64,000 nt of DNA from Polyangiales bacterium (GTDB lineage Bacteria; Myxococcota_A; Polyangia; Polyangiales; Polyangiaceae), in assembly GCA_038230375.1 (NCBI GenBank), contig JBBRNJ010000018.1, forward strand, positions 54,601 to 118,600, read 5' to 3'. Every line of letters starts with the position of its first letter. Positions within the stretch are counted from its first letter, which is position 1. The position numbers and the translations under genes are program-made. Of the stretch, positions 18,073 through 27,454 are shown piece after piece. Under the pieces are notes generated by a model. The model saw only the letters and a list, made by a program, of their open reading frames with translations. It ran no database searches and had not been told where the DNA came from.

Positions 18073-20811
18073 TCAGTGAATGCCGCCGCCACCGCACTGG
18101 TTGGGCGTGCCGCCGCCGCCGCAGCTCTGCCCGTTCGGGCACATGCCGCAGTCGAGGGCGCCGCCGCAACCGTCGGCGACAACGCCGCACGTGGCGCCTG
18201 CGTCCTTGCACGAGCGCGGCGTGCACATCGGTGCGCCGCACTGGCCTGGCGTTCCGCCACCGCCACAGGTCTGACCCATGGGGCAGGTGCCGCACTGGAG
18301 GAGGTTGCCGCAGCCGTCCGCAGCCGGACCGCACGCGATGCCCTGAGCCATGCAGGTCGTCGGCGAGCAGGAGTTGGAGCCGCACATGCTCGGGCCGGCG
18401 CCTCCGCACGTGAGCCCCATTCCGCACGTGCCGCAGTTCACCGTGCTGCCGCAGCCGTCGGGGATGCTTCCGCACATGCCCATCTTGCAGGTCGCCTTGG
18501 TGCACGGCGGGGTGACGCACTTCGCGGGCGCGCCCTGGCAGATCTGGCCTGCGGGGCAGACGCCACAGTCCTGCTGTCCACCGCAGCCATCCGTGGCCGG
18601 GCCGCAGGTCTGAGCGCCGCAGCCGATCTTCGTGCAGGTCGGCGGCGGGACCACGATCGGCTTGATGCACGACGTGAGGTCGAACAGCATGTACGCGAGG
18701 ACCTTCTCTTGCGGAGTGAACGTGGTGCTCACGCACTCGGCCGGGAAGTTGGTCGTGGCGCTGCTGGTGTCACCCGAGACGTGGAAGTCGGAGAAGATGA
18801 CGCGTCCGCACTGCGTCGCCTGGTTGAACGGCGTGTTGAACGCGTAGTGGAACACCGGTGTGCCCACAGCAGAGGGGCTGTACTCCGTGATGTAGCCGGT
18901 GGCGCCGGCGGCGATCGGCGCGAAGGCGTCGTAGCGGGCCGCGCTGATGCTCACGCGGTCCGGCGCGCCCGTCTTCGGGCTCGCTGCGCACTTGGGGTTG
19001 GCGCCCGCGACGTTGCAGAGCGCATTGACGCCCGTGGCATTGAGCCACTTGTCGAACGTGCCGCCAGCAACGGTCGTGCTGACCAGGCCGTCATCGGGGT
19101 CCGCCGTACCAACGCCAAGACCGTTCTTCGGGCTCCACTGCACTGACGTGCCCCAGGTGGAGCTGAACAGGTTCGCGGCCGGAGTGGCCACGTCATAGAG
19201 CCACGTGTAGTTGAAGTGCGTCGAGAACACGCGGCCGCCTTCGTTCGCGTAGTTGTACGCGGCCGTGCGTGCTGCGGTGACCTTGTCCGTGGGACCACCG
19301 GGGCATGCGAAGAGGAGCGCGTCGTACTTCTCCATCTGCGCCTGCGTGGCGATGAGGGTGCTGACGCTCGGCGTGGTGCCGTCGATGCGCGCGCCGGCCG
19401 TGCCGCCGCTCTCGTCATCCTGGTAGAGCCGGATGCGGCCGGTGCCGCCGGGGTTGGTGAACTGGCTGTCGATGATGCCCATCTTGCGGAAGACGCACTC
19501 GAGCGGGTCGATGTAGCCCGTGGAGAGCGCGAACAACGGGATGTTGTCCATTGCGCCGCTCTCGGCCTGCTTCGTGGGCATGCGGATGGTGCCCGCGGTC
19601 TGCGCGGCAGTCGTGCATTTCGTGACCGCAGGGATGGTCACGATCTTGCGCCAGCGACCCATCTGAACGACGAGCGGGAAGGACACACCGGCCGGGACGT
19701 TGCTCAGGCTGAACGAGCCGTCGAAGTCCGTGACGGCGTTGACGAGCGGCGCGCCGCTGGCCGTGCCGTTGCAGGTGTCGCAGGTGCCACCAGCGACGCC
19801 ATCCGTGAAGGCGGTGACGCCGTAAGGGTAGGCGAGCGAGCCGTTGGGGACGTAGACGACTGCGCCCGGGAGCGGCAGAGTGCCGTTCGGCGCGAACACC
19901 TTGCCCGTGATCGTCGTCTGCGAGTTTATCGGGCACACGGCCTGGTTGAGGCAGAAGTTCACGCACGTGCCAGCGTCGAGGCCGCCGCCCGTGCCGCACT
20001 TGTTCGAGCCGCCGCCGCCGCAGAAGCCGACCGCGCAGCCGGCGTTCGCCATGCTGCCGCCGCAGTCGAGCAAGCCGCCGCAGCCGTCGGCCACGTAGCC
20101 GCAGTTCGCGCCGGCCGCGAGGCACGTGGTCTTCACGCACGCGGGCGCGCCGCACATGCTGGCAACGCCACCACCACCGCAGCTCTGGCCCGCGGCGCAG
20201 CCGCCGCAGGTGAGGATGCCGCCGCAGCCGTCCGCGACCGGACCGCACTCGTTCGCGTTGCACACCGTCCGCGGTGCGCAGAGGCCGCCGTCGGGGAGGA
20301 CCGACATGCCGCCGTCGTTGATGAGACCGCCGCCGCACTGGCTCGGACCGCCGCCACCGCAGAACTGCGGGACGGGGCAGGTGCCGCAGTTGGCAAGGGT
20401 ACCGCCACAACCGTCACCCGCCGGGCCGCAGGCGACCTTCTGCTGTGCGCACGTGCGCGGGACGCAGCCCGCCGTGCCGCCGCAGATGCTGGCCTTGCCA
20501 CCGCCGCCGCAGGTCTCGGGCGCGCTACACGTGCCGCACTGGATCTTGCCACCGCAACCATCACCCGCGGGGCCGCAGTTGATGCCGAGGTCCTTGCACG
20601 TGAGGGCCTTGCAAGAGCCGCTTCCGCTGCCGGTGTTGCCGCCATCTTTGCCGGTGCCAAAGCCCGTTGTGAGCCCGCCCTCGGAGTTGTCGATGCCGGA
20701 ATCGAAGCCGTCAGTGCCTGCGAACTGACTTCCGTCGCCAGAGCCGCACGACGCGGCCGCAATGCCCACTCCGATCAACGCCAGCGAGCCAAGCAAAAGC
20801 CGCAGCTTCAT
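18073..20811 (-). CDS. Large Cys/Gly-rich repeat lipoprotein with central carboxypeptidase-regulatory-like and globular domains
   Basis: Start MKLRLL, lipobox AASC, RBS GGAGG; about 8 repeats 'CGPxxDGCGxxLxCGxCxxxxxCGGGG'; 'ITGKVFAPNGTLPL'. Confidence 0.85.
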   Translation of the reverse strand: MKLRLLLGSLALIGVGIAAASCGSGDGSQFAGTDGFDSGIDNSEGGLTTGFGTGKDGGNTGSGSGSCKALTCKDLGINCGPAGDGCGGKIQCGTCSAPETCGGGGKASICGGTAGCVPRTCAQQKVACGPAGDGCGGTLANCGTCPVPQFCGGGGPSQCGGGLINDGGMSVLPDGGLCAPRTVCNANECGPVADGCGGILTCGGCAAGQSCGGGGVASMCGAPACVKTTCLAAGANCGYVADGCGGLLDCGGSMANAGCAVGFCGGGGSNKCGTGGGLDAGTCVNFCLNQAVCPINSQTTITGKVFAPNGTLPLPGAVVYVPNGSLAYPYGVTAFTDGVAGGTCDTCNGTASGAPLVNAVTDFDGSFSLSNVPAGVSFPLVVQMGRWRKIVTIPAVTKCTTAAQTAGTIRMPTKQAESGAMDNIPLFALSTGYIDPLECVFRKMGIIDSQFTNPGGTGRIRLYQDDESGGTAGARIDGTTPSVSTLIATQAQMEKYDALLFACPGGPTDKVTAARTAAYNYANEGGRVFSTHFNYTWLYDVATPAANLFSSTWGTSVQWSPKNGLGVGTADPDDGLVSTTVAGGTFDKWLNATGVNALCNVAGANPKCAASPKTGAPDRVSISAARYDAFAPIAAGATGYITEYSPSAVGTPVFHYAFNTPFNQATQCGRVIFSDFHVSGDTSSATTNFPAECVSTTFTPQEKVLAYMLFDLTSCIKPIVVPPPTCTKIGCGAQTCGPATDGCGGQQDCGVCPAGQICQGAPAKCVTPPCTKATCKMGMCGSIPDGCGSTVNCGTCGMGLTCGGAGPSMCGSNSCSPTTCMAQGIACGPAADGCGNLLQCGTCPMGQTCGGGGTPGQCGAPMCTPRSCKDAGATCGVVADGCGGALDCGMCPNGQSCGGGGTPNQCGGGGIH

Positions 20812-21002
20812 GAAACCTCCGTTGCCCAGCGCGCGAGGCCCTCGACTCGCACGCAGTGAGCTAGCCGCTCCCTTAACACGAAGACGCGCAGGCGCTCGCG
20901 TGAAATAGGAACTTTCTCGTGGAGCCGTCCCTACGGACCTGCCAACTCTGGACGGCGCGCGCAGCGGCAAGGCTGTGTAGTCTGGGCCGCTTGGAGGTCT
21001 CC

Positions 21003-22268
21003 ATGAAGGAAGAGAAGAAGACGACCCGACGCTTGCTCACGCTCGGTCTCTTCGTCGCAGCCCCGTTCGCCGTTCTCGTTGCGTGCAGCAGCAGCAGCAG
21101 TAACAACGGTGGTGGCAACTCCGATGGCGGCACTGAGAGCGGTGGCGGCACCACCTTGGCATGCGGCGCCTGCACCACGAACGCCACCTGCGCAGGCTCT
21201 GGCTTTGCCTGTTCTGGCTCTGTCTGCACCAAGCAATGCAGCGTGGACATGGACTGCGCGGGCGTTGGTCCCGGTGCGTGCGACCAGGGCGTCTGCGCCT
21301 GCAAGGGCCACACGATCGCCATCTGCGGTGCGTGCGCATCCAGCACCGACTGCGTCACTGGAGCGCGATGTCTGCTCGGCATCTGCAAGCCCGAAACCAC
21401 CCAGACCACGTGCAGCACGACCAACGCCTGCAAGGCACCGCTCCAGTGCGATCCGAACCTGGGCTGCATCTGCGCCGGTGCAGGGACGATCGACGGAGGG
21501 CAGGGCGCGGGGAGCGGAGTCGTCACCGTGATCTGCCAGGGCGCGATCACCGATGCGGGCGCCATGAGCACGTTTGGCGCCTGCGCCGGGAGTGCGTCCT
21601 TCCACGTTGGATTCCCGGCCGGCACCGGCTACACCGTCACGACGACCGCCGTGAACGCGTCGATCACCGAGCTCGCGTACTCGGGCAACGTCGCAGCCGT
21701 GCCCACTGCCCTCTCCGCAGGTGAGGTCTCGTTCACGGGACCTGCCAGCACGCTGAACATGCCGCCCGACTCGAAGAACGCATATGCGGCGCTCTCGGGC
21801 CTTCCACTCGGCGTCATTGGCGACACGTTGACCGTCGCAGCCGCTGGCGCAGCCATCCCGAAGTTCTCGTCCATGCTGGCGCTGCCGCCCATCGGCTCGC
21901 TGTCCAGCCCGATACAGCCGTCGGCGGGGGCCCCGCTGGTGCTCGATCACACCATGCCTCTCACCGTCATCGCTTCGAGCGCTGTGGACGGGAAGCTCGT
22001 CGTGATCCTCACGTCAACAAAGAGCGCGTCGTCGCTCGTGGTCCTTCGCGGCGAAGGGCAGGTCATGGGCGGCTCTGGCGGGATCACGTTCCCGGCGGCG
22101 GCCCTCGCGCTGCTGCCCACGGGCGCGGGCGGAACGATCCAGATGTACATGGCGAACGACGCCACGGTGATGGCCGGTGGAACGCCGATCAAGATCACTG
22201 TCGGCTCGCAGCTCTACGACGGCAACGGAGACCCGGTCTTCGCGTTGACGCCGCTCACGGTCCAGTGA
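21003..22268 (+). CDS. Cys-rich lipoprotein with C-terminal beta-sandwich domain
   Basis: Lipobox LVAC, RBS GGAGG, EGF-like Cys clusters. Confidence 0.8.
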   Translation: MKEEKKTTRRLLTLGLFVAAPFAVLVACSSSSSNNGGGNSDGGTESGGGTTLACGACTTNATCAGSGFACSGSVCTKQCSVDMDCAGVGPGACDQGVCACKGHTIAICGACASSTDCVTGARCLLGICKPETTQTTCSTTNACKAPLQCDPNLGCICAGAGTIDGGQGAGSGVVTVICQGAITDAGAMSTFGACAGSASFHVGFPAGTGYTVTTTAVNASITELAYSGNVAAVPTALSAGEVSFTGPASTLNMPPDSKNAYAALSGLPLGVIGDTLTVAAAGAAIPKFSSMLALPPIGSLSSPIQPSAGAPLVLDHTMPLTVIASSAVDGKLVVILTSTKSASSLVVLRGEGQVMGGSGGITFPAAALALLPTGAGGTIQMYMANDATVMAGGTPIKITVGSQLYDGNGDPVFALTPLTVQ

Positions 22269-22281
22269 CAAGAGCCGCGGT

Positions 22282-24378
22282 TCAGAGCGCGGCGCGGAAC
22301 GCCAGCGACGGCGCGTGGAAGATGTCGAAGGAGCCAAAGTCCGCCGACAGCGCGCGGCCGGCGTTCGTGTCCGTGACGTTCACCTTCGAGTAGATGAGAT
22401 CTGCGTGGTACTGGATGCGCAGGTCCGCGCGAACGCGGAAGCCGCGTGGCAAGAGCCGGATGCGGAGACCCGCGCCGGCGCCCGCGTTGACCGCCCACGC
22501 CAGGTCGTGATCGTTCAGGCGATTCTGCTCCGTGTCGGGCGCGGCGCCGTCCTTCAGGAAGTAGAACTTGGTCGGGCCTGCACCGCCTGCGACGTACAGA
22601 TCGAGGAACGGTGAGAAGCGCGGGCCGTCGCCCTGGCCGAAGCGCGCCGAGACCGCGGCCATCCAGAACTGCGAGTTGACGTTCTGCGGAGGCGTCTCGC
22701 GGAAGTACGTGAAGTGCTGTTCGCCCGCGACGCTGGAGGTGTCCTGCAGCTCGTAGACGATGCGCGGAAGCGTGTAGTTTACATACCGTCCGCCGACAAC
22801 GAGCTCTTCGGTGTACGCGCGGAACGAGTCGTCCGTGATGAGCCAGAGAAGGTCGTAACCGACGTCCGTCTGCATGTACTTCAACTGCAGCGGCGAGGAG
22901 AACACCGTCGTGGAGATGTCCTGGGCCTTCACCTGGTGCAGCTCACCCGCCGTGAACGTGGCGATCTTCACGCTGGTGCGAATGCCAAGGAGCCCGAGCC
23001 CCGCGTCGATCACGTCGCTGGCAATACCCGTGATGCCGAGCTGCTTGGTGAGAGAGCTGTTCTCGACGGTGCCGCCGCTCTTCCAGACACGGTCGGTCGA
23101 GTAGCCAAAGCCAAGGTCCGCGGCGCCAGGCAACCGGATCCAGTCGAGGACAACGTCGAGGCGCGCGCTGGCGAGCACGATGGGCTGGATGCGGTAGTCC
23201 AGCTTGAACTGGCGGCCGCGATAGTCGTACGAGTTCTTCTGGTCGCCGGATTTGTCCGATGTGCCCACGCTGGAGAAGATGAAGGCATCCGCGCCTGCCT
23301 TCAGGTCGATGCGGAACGAGTCGAGCGTGATGCCGACGACCTGGTCGACGACGCTCTCGCGCAGCTCGAAGCCAGGGCTCTTGTCCGTGGTGGTCTTGAA
23401 CGCGGCGGCCAGCTTGCCGGTCATGTCGTCGAGCAGCGCGGCCTGCTTCGTCATGGACTCCTTGATGCCCTTCACGTTCGACGGCATGTCGTAGACGGTC
23501 TTGGCGATCTTGAGGTTCGACTTGTAGACAAGGTCGTGCGGCGCGGTGGGGATGCCGCGGATCGCCTGGATGATGATGATGGGGATCATCGCCAGCGCCT
23601 CGAGCTCCACGCGGAAGGCAACGCTGATGGCGTAGAACGCGTCGCGCGCGATCGCCTCTTTCTCGCCGCCGGCGAGCTTCGCGTCCTCGGTGAGGTTCAC
23701 TGCGTCCTGGTTCACCAGGTCGGCCGTGCGTGTCACTTCGCCGCGAGCGCGCGCGAGCTTGTCGTTGGCTGCGGCCATGACCGGAGCGTGCGCCTTGCGC
23801 TGCTGCTCGTTCATGCGCGTGTCCTCGGACTGCACCTTGTCGTGGTCCTCCACCGCCACGGCCAGGTCCAGGCCCGCCTTGTGGTAGCTGGCCCAGTGCG
23901 CCTTGATGTCCTTCGTGCGCGGTGAGAGCGCGCCGAGCGCATCGAAGAGCGACGGGTACTTCGCCTTGTCCGGCGTGGGCCCGTACTCGCGCAGCGTCTG
24001 CTCGATGTGCATCCGGTAGCACTTGATGATCGGGATCTCGACGTGGTCGAGGCCCTTGTACGGGAAGCGATCGCGCAGGTCGTCGCGGATCTGGTGGTAC
24101 TCACCATCCGTCATGGGCAGACGGCGCGGCCAAAGATCGCCAGGCGTGTAGTTCGTGCCCGAGAGGATGCGGTCCACGAGCTCCAGCGTGACAACGAGAT
24201 CCTCGACGCGGTCGATCGCGACCTTGATGTTCGGTTCCTCGTCCGCGTACGCGCGGTAGGCGCGGACGTTCTGCGTGACGCCACCGCAGCCCAACGCCCC
24301 GAGCGCGAGCAAGAGGAGCGACATCACGCCGGCCGCGCGGCCGAGCTTGCGGAGACTCCCCCGATCCTTCAGTTCCAT
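22282..24378 (-). CDS. Large lipoprotein: helical/coiled-coil N-half and probable beta-barrel C-half
   Basis: Lipobox ALGC; amphipathic beta-strands in the C-terminal ~350 aa; start may be 24378 or 24324. Confidence 0.75.
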   Translation of the reverse strand: MELKDRGSLRKLGRAAGVMSLLLLALGALGCGGVTQNVRAYRAYADEEPNIKVAIDRVEDLVVTLELVDRILSGTNYTPGDLWPRRLPMTDGEYHQIRDDLRDRFPYKGLDHVEIPIIKCYRMHIEQTLREYGPTPDKAKYPSLFDALGALSPRTKDIKAHWASYHKAGLDLAVAVEDHDKVQSEDTRMNEQQRKAHAPVMAAANDKLARARGEVTRTADLVNQDAVNLTEDAKLAGGEKEAIARDAFYAISVAFRVELEALAMIPIIIIQAIRGIPTAPHDLVYKSNLKIAKTVYDMPSNVKGIKESMTKQAALLDDMTGKLAAAFKTTTDKSPGFELRESVVDQVVGITLDSFRIDLKAGADAFIFSSVGTSDKSGDQKNSYDYRGRQFKLDYRIQPIVLASARLDVVLDWIRLPGAADLGFGYSTDRVWKSGGTVENSSLTKQLGITGIASDVIDAGLGLLGIRTSVKIATFTAGELHQVKAQDISTTVFSSPLQLKYMQTDVGYDLLWLITDDSFRAYTEELVVGGRYVNYTLPRIVYELQDTSSVAGEQHFTYFRETPPQNVNSQFWMAAVSARFGQGDGPRFSPFLDLYVAGGAGPTKFYFLKDGAAPDTEQNRLNDHDLAWAVNAGAGAGLRIRLLPRGFRVRADLRIQYHADLIYSKVNVTDTNAGRALSADFGSFDIFHAPSLAFRAAL

Positions 24379-24388
24379 GGCGTGCCCC

Positions 24389-24727
24389 TCAACCCGGCGG
24401 CCACGCGAGCTGGCGCCCCGCGAGCACGTGGACGTGGAGGTGGAAAACGCTCTGCCCCGCATCCTTCCCATTGTTGACGACAGTTCGGTACCCCGCATTC
24501 AAAAGGTCGAGCTTTTCCGCCACAGCACGGGCCATCAGCAGCAGCCGACCGAGGAGCGCCTGGTCCGCCTCCGTCGCCTCGCTGAGTGAGACAATGTGCC
24601 TCTTCGGAATGACGAGCACATGCGTTGGCGCAGCGGGGTTGATGTCCCGGAAAGCAACGGCATGTTCGTCCTCGAGCACGATGTCCGCTTTGATCTCGTG
24701 CTGAGCGATCTTACAGAACAAGCACAT
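24389..24727 (-). CDS. hinT: Histidine triad nucleotide-binding protein (HinT)
   Basis: CLFCKI, FRDINP, GQSVFHLHVHVLAGR. Confidence 0.95.
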   Translation of the reverse strand: MCLFCKIAQHEIKADIVLEDEHAVAFRDINPAAPTHVLVIPKRHIVSLSEATEADQALLGRLLLMARAVAEKLDLLNAGYRTVVNNGKDAGQSVFHLHVHVLAGRQLAWPPG

Positions 24728-24733
24728 CCGCCG

Positions 24734-24762
24734 ATTACACAGGTTTGCGGGGCATTTCGCAA
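24734..24762 (-). promoter_or_regulatory. Sigma70 promoter for a leaderless hinT transcript
   Basis: TTGCGA-N17-TGTAAT-N6-ATG with no Shine-Dalgarno. Confidence 0.6.
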
Positions 24763-24845
24763 CGACTCCGGCGACGAAAGACCCCGTAACCTTCCACCCA
24801 GCCCGACGTAGACACCCATACGGGGGGACGCGTTCGGAGAGTCAG

Positions 24846-26921
24846 ATGCACGACACCGACACCTTGCGTCTCGTCGGCACCACCATCGATGGGAAGTACC
24901 ACATCGACGCCATCGCGGGTGCGGGCGGCGCTGCGACCGTTTATCGCGCGACCCATGTGACCTGGGGCCGGACCGTCGCCGTGAAGGTGATCCGCAGCCT
25001 CACCACCATGAAGGAGTCCGCGCGGCCCGAGGTCCTCGCCAAGCTCGTGGTCGAGGCAGAGCTTCTTGCCTCCCTGTCCGAGAAGACTGCAGCCATCGTG
25101 CAGGCGTACGACATCGGTACCCTGACCACCGCCGCGGGCGAATGGGCTCCGTACCTTGTGCTGTCGTGGCTCTCGGGCGCCACGCTGGAGGCGGTGCTCG
25201 AGGAGGAGGAGCAGGCGGGGATCGCACCGCGCTCGCTCGCTCAGGCAGTGGCGCTCCTCACGCCAGCAGCGAACGCCCTGGCGCTGTCGCATGCACGCGG
25301 GATCGCGCACCGCGATATCAAGCCTGGCAATCTTTTCGTGACGGGTGCGCCGCGGGGGACCGATGCGTCCATCAAGGTGCTCGATTTCGGTATCGCCAAG
25401 GTCGTCGCGGACGCGAAGAGCCTCGAGGGCTTCAACGCGACGCTCGCAGGCCTCACGTCGTTCACCCCAGCGTATGGTGCGCCGGAGCAGTTCTCCAAGG
25501 CGGTCGGACCCACGGGACCGTGGACGGATGTCTATGGTCTGGCGCTGGTCGTGCTCGAGGTGGCGACGGCGCGCGGTATCGCAACGGGGGACGACATCGG
25601 GCAGCTCGCCTACGCGACCACGCGGGTATCGGTGCGGCCCACACCCCGGCAGCTGGGCATGGCGGTGACGGACGAGGTCGAGGCCGTGTTGGCAAGAGCG
25701 CTCGCGGTTCGAATCGCGGACCGGTACCAGAACGCCGGCGCATTCTGGGCAGCGCTCACCGCTGCGCTTGGTGTCGACGTGAGCGCGCTTCCGTCGTCAA
25801 TCTCGCGCATCTCGATCCCCGATGCTGCGCGGTCTTCCCAGCGCCGCATCCCGCTTGCGATCGAGAGCGCAGCCACGCTTCCCGTGCAGGTCCTCGATGT
25901 GCCCGAGACACCGCCGTCCGCGCCCAGCGCCGAGACCGCGGGCTCGCGTCGTCGTCCGCGAAGGTGGACGATTCCCGCGACGCTCGTGGGCGTCACGCTC
26001 ATGGCGGCTACTGCGGTCACGCTTGTGCACCTCTCGCACGCGAAGCCTCATGCACAGCCGATGTCCAGCACTGCGAGCGCGGTCGTTGCTCCGCCGCCGC
26101 CGGTCTCCGTGCCGCCCGGCTGCCCGGATGGGATGGTGATGATCGATGGCGGCAAGTTCTTCATGGGCTCGGACGAGGCGGACGCGATGCCGCAGGAGAA
26201 GCCGCAGCACAAGGTGATTTTGCATGCATACTGCATCGATCGCACGGAGGTGACGCTTGCGGCGTACAAGAGCTGCAGCGACACGGGTGGATGCAAGCGC
26301 GCCGGTGTCGTCAACGTGTGGCCGGGGATCAGCACGACCGAGCAGAAGACCTACGATCCGCTCTGCAACGCGAGCGCACCCGATACGCGCGGCACGCATC
26401 CCGTGAACTGCGTGGACCACGCACAGGCAGACAACTACTGCCATGAGCATGGCAAGCGCCTTCCCACGGAAGCCGAGTGGGAGCTCTCCGCCCGCGGCCC
26501 TGACGGCAGGCGGTACCCGTGGGGCGACGAGGCGCCATCCTCCGAGCGCATGAACGCATGCGGCGCCGAGTGCGCGCGCTGGGGCAAGAGCGTCCACACC
26601 GAGCTCCCCGCCATGTTCGACGGCGACGACGGATGGGTGCATACTGCACCTGTTGGCTCGTACCCAGCCGGCGCGTCGCGCTACGGCCTGGTGGATGTGG
26701 TGGGCAACGTGTGGGAGTGGGTCTCGGATGGCTACGCGCCCTACGCGCAGGCAGAGGCCACGTCGCCGACGGGCAAGGAAGATGCTCCCACGCGCGTCAT
26801 TCGCGGCGGCGCGTGGAACGGCTCCGAGGCAGGCTGGGTGAGGCCGACGTTCCGCTATGGCAGCGCGCCCACCGTCCGAAGTCACGGCATCGGGTTCCGG
26901 TGCGCCGCGGACGTGAAGTGA
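24846..26921 (+). CDS. Ser/Thr protein kinase-TM-FGE sulfatase domain fusion
   Basis: VAVK, HRDIKPGN, DFG, APEQ; TM helix; RLPTEAEWE, GNVWEW, GFRC. Confidence 0.93.
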   Translation: MHDTDTLRLVGTTIDGKYHIDAIAGAGGAATVYRATHVTWGRTVAVKVIRSLTTMKESARPEVLAKLVVEAELLASLSEKTAAIVQAYDIGTLTTAAGEWAPYLVLSWLSGATLEAVLEEEEQAGIAPRSLAQAVALLTPAANALALSHARGIAHRDIKPGNLFVTGAPRGTDASIKVLDFGIAKVVADAKSLEGFNATLAGLTSFTPAYGAPEQFSKAVGPTGPWTDVYGLALVVLEVATARGIATGDDIGQLAYATTRVSVRPTPRQLGMAVTDEVEAVLARALAVRIADRYQNAGAFWAALTAALGVDVSALPSSISRISIPDAARSSQRRIPLAIESAATLPVQVLDVPETPPSAPSAETAGSRRRPRRWTIPATLVGVTLMAATAVTLVHLSHAKPHAQPMSSTASAVVAPPPPVSVPPGCPDGMVMIDGGKFFMGSDEADAMPQEKPQHKVILHAYCIDRTEVTLAAYKSCSDTGGCKRAGVVNVWPGISTTEQKTYDPLCNASAPDTRGTHPVNCVDHAQADNYCHEHGKRLPTEAEWELSARGPDGRRYPWGDEAPSSERMNACGAECARWGKSVHTELPAMFDGDDGWVHTAPVGSYPAGASRYGLVDVVGNVWEWVSDGYAPYAQAEATSPTGKEDAPTRVIRGGAWNGSEAGWVRPTFRYGSAPTVRSHGIGFRCAADVK

Positions 26922-26956
26922 GGCGAGTGGAGGTCACCGCAGCTCCGTTCGAGCTG

Positions 26957-27454
26957 TCACGCCGTGGACGTGCCGAGCGCGCTGGTGATGCGCTCCCATA
27001 GCTCGCTCTCGTCTTCGGAGAGCGCGGGCTCGAGAGCGGCGAAGGGCGCCGAGACGGGGCGTACGGCGCTCAGTTTTCCGTCGCGCTCTTCCCGGTGGTG
27101 CACGCGCAGCCACGCGCTCTCGACCGCGTACAGACGGCCGCCCATTCCGACGACGAGTGACAGTAGATCGGGCCCGGTGGCGCGTCGCGGAATCGGCCGG
27201 ACGATGAGCGAGCGCTTCATGGTGCACGCGACCTCTCTCGCGCAGAGCCCCGCGAGGAGATGATCCGCCGGGTCGCCCCAGGGTGATCGTGCGCCGCGGA
27301 ACCCCGATTCCACGAGCTCCTTCACGGTCGTCTCGCGTGCGACGCCATCGAGATCGAGCGTGAGCCCGGCGGTGCGCATGGCGTCTTCGAGCGCGCCGAC
27401 CGTCACGTCGCCCGATGCATTGACAAGGAGACTCTTGCGATCGAGCTCGATCAT
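26957..27454 (-). CDS. Short FAD-binding PCMH-type protein (GlcE-like fragment)
   Basis: 'PRRATGPDLLSLVVGMGG' resembles the FAD_binding_4 motif; ATGA overlap with the upstream gene. Confidence 0.7.
   Translation of the reverse strand: MIELDRKSLLVNASGDVTVGALEDAMRTAGLTLDLDGVARETTVKELVESGFRGARSPWGDPADHLLAGLCAREVACTMKRSLIVRPIPRRATGPDLLSLVVGMGGRLYAVESAWLRVHHREERDGKLSAVRPVSAPFAALEPALSEDESELWERITSALGTSTA

Noticed and set aside
18073..20811. 'Tryptophan synthase alpha chain' label often given to such proteins
   Set aside because: No TIM-barrel TrpA motifs; this is a propagated misannotation of Cys-rich myxobacterial proteins
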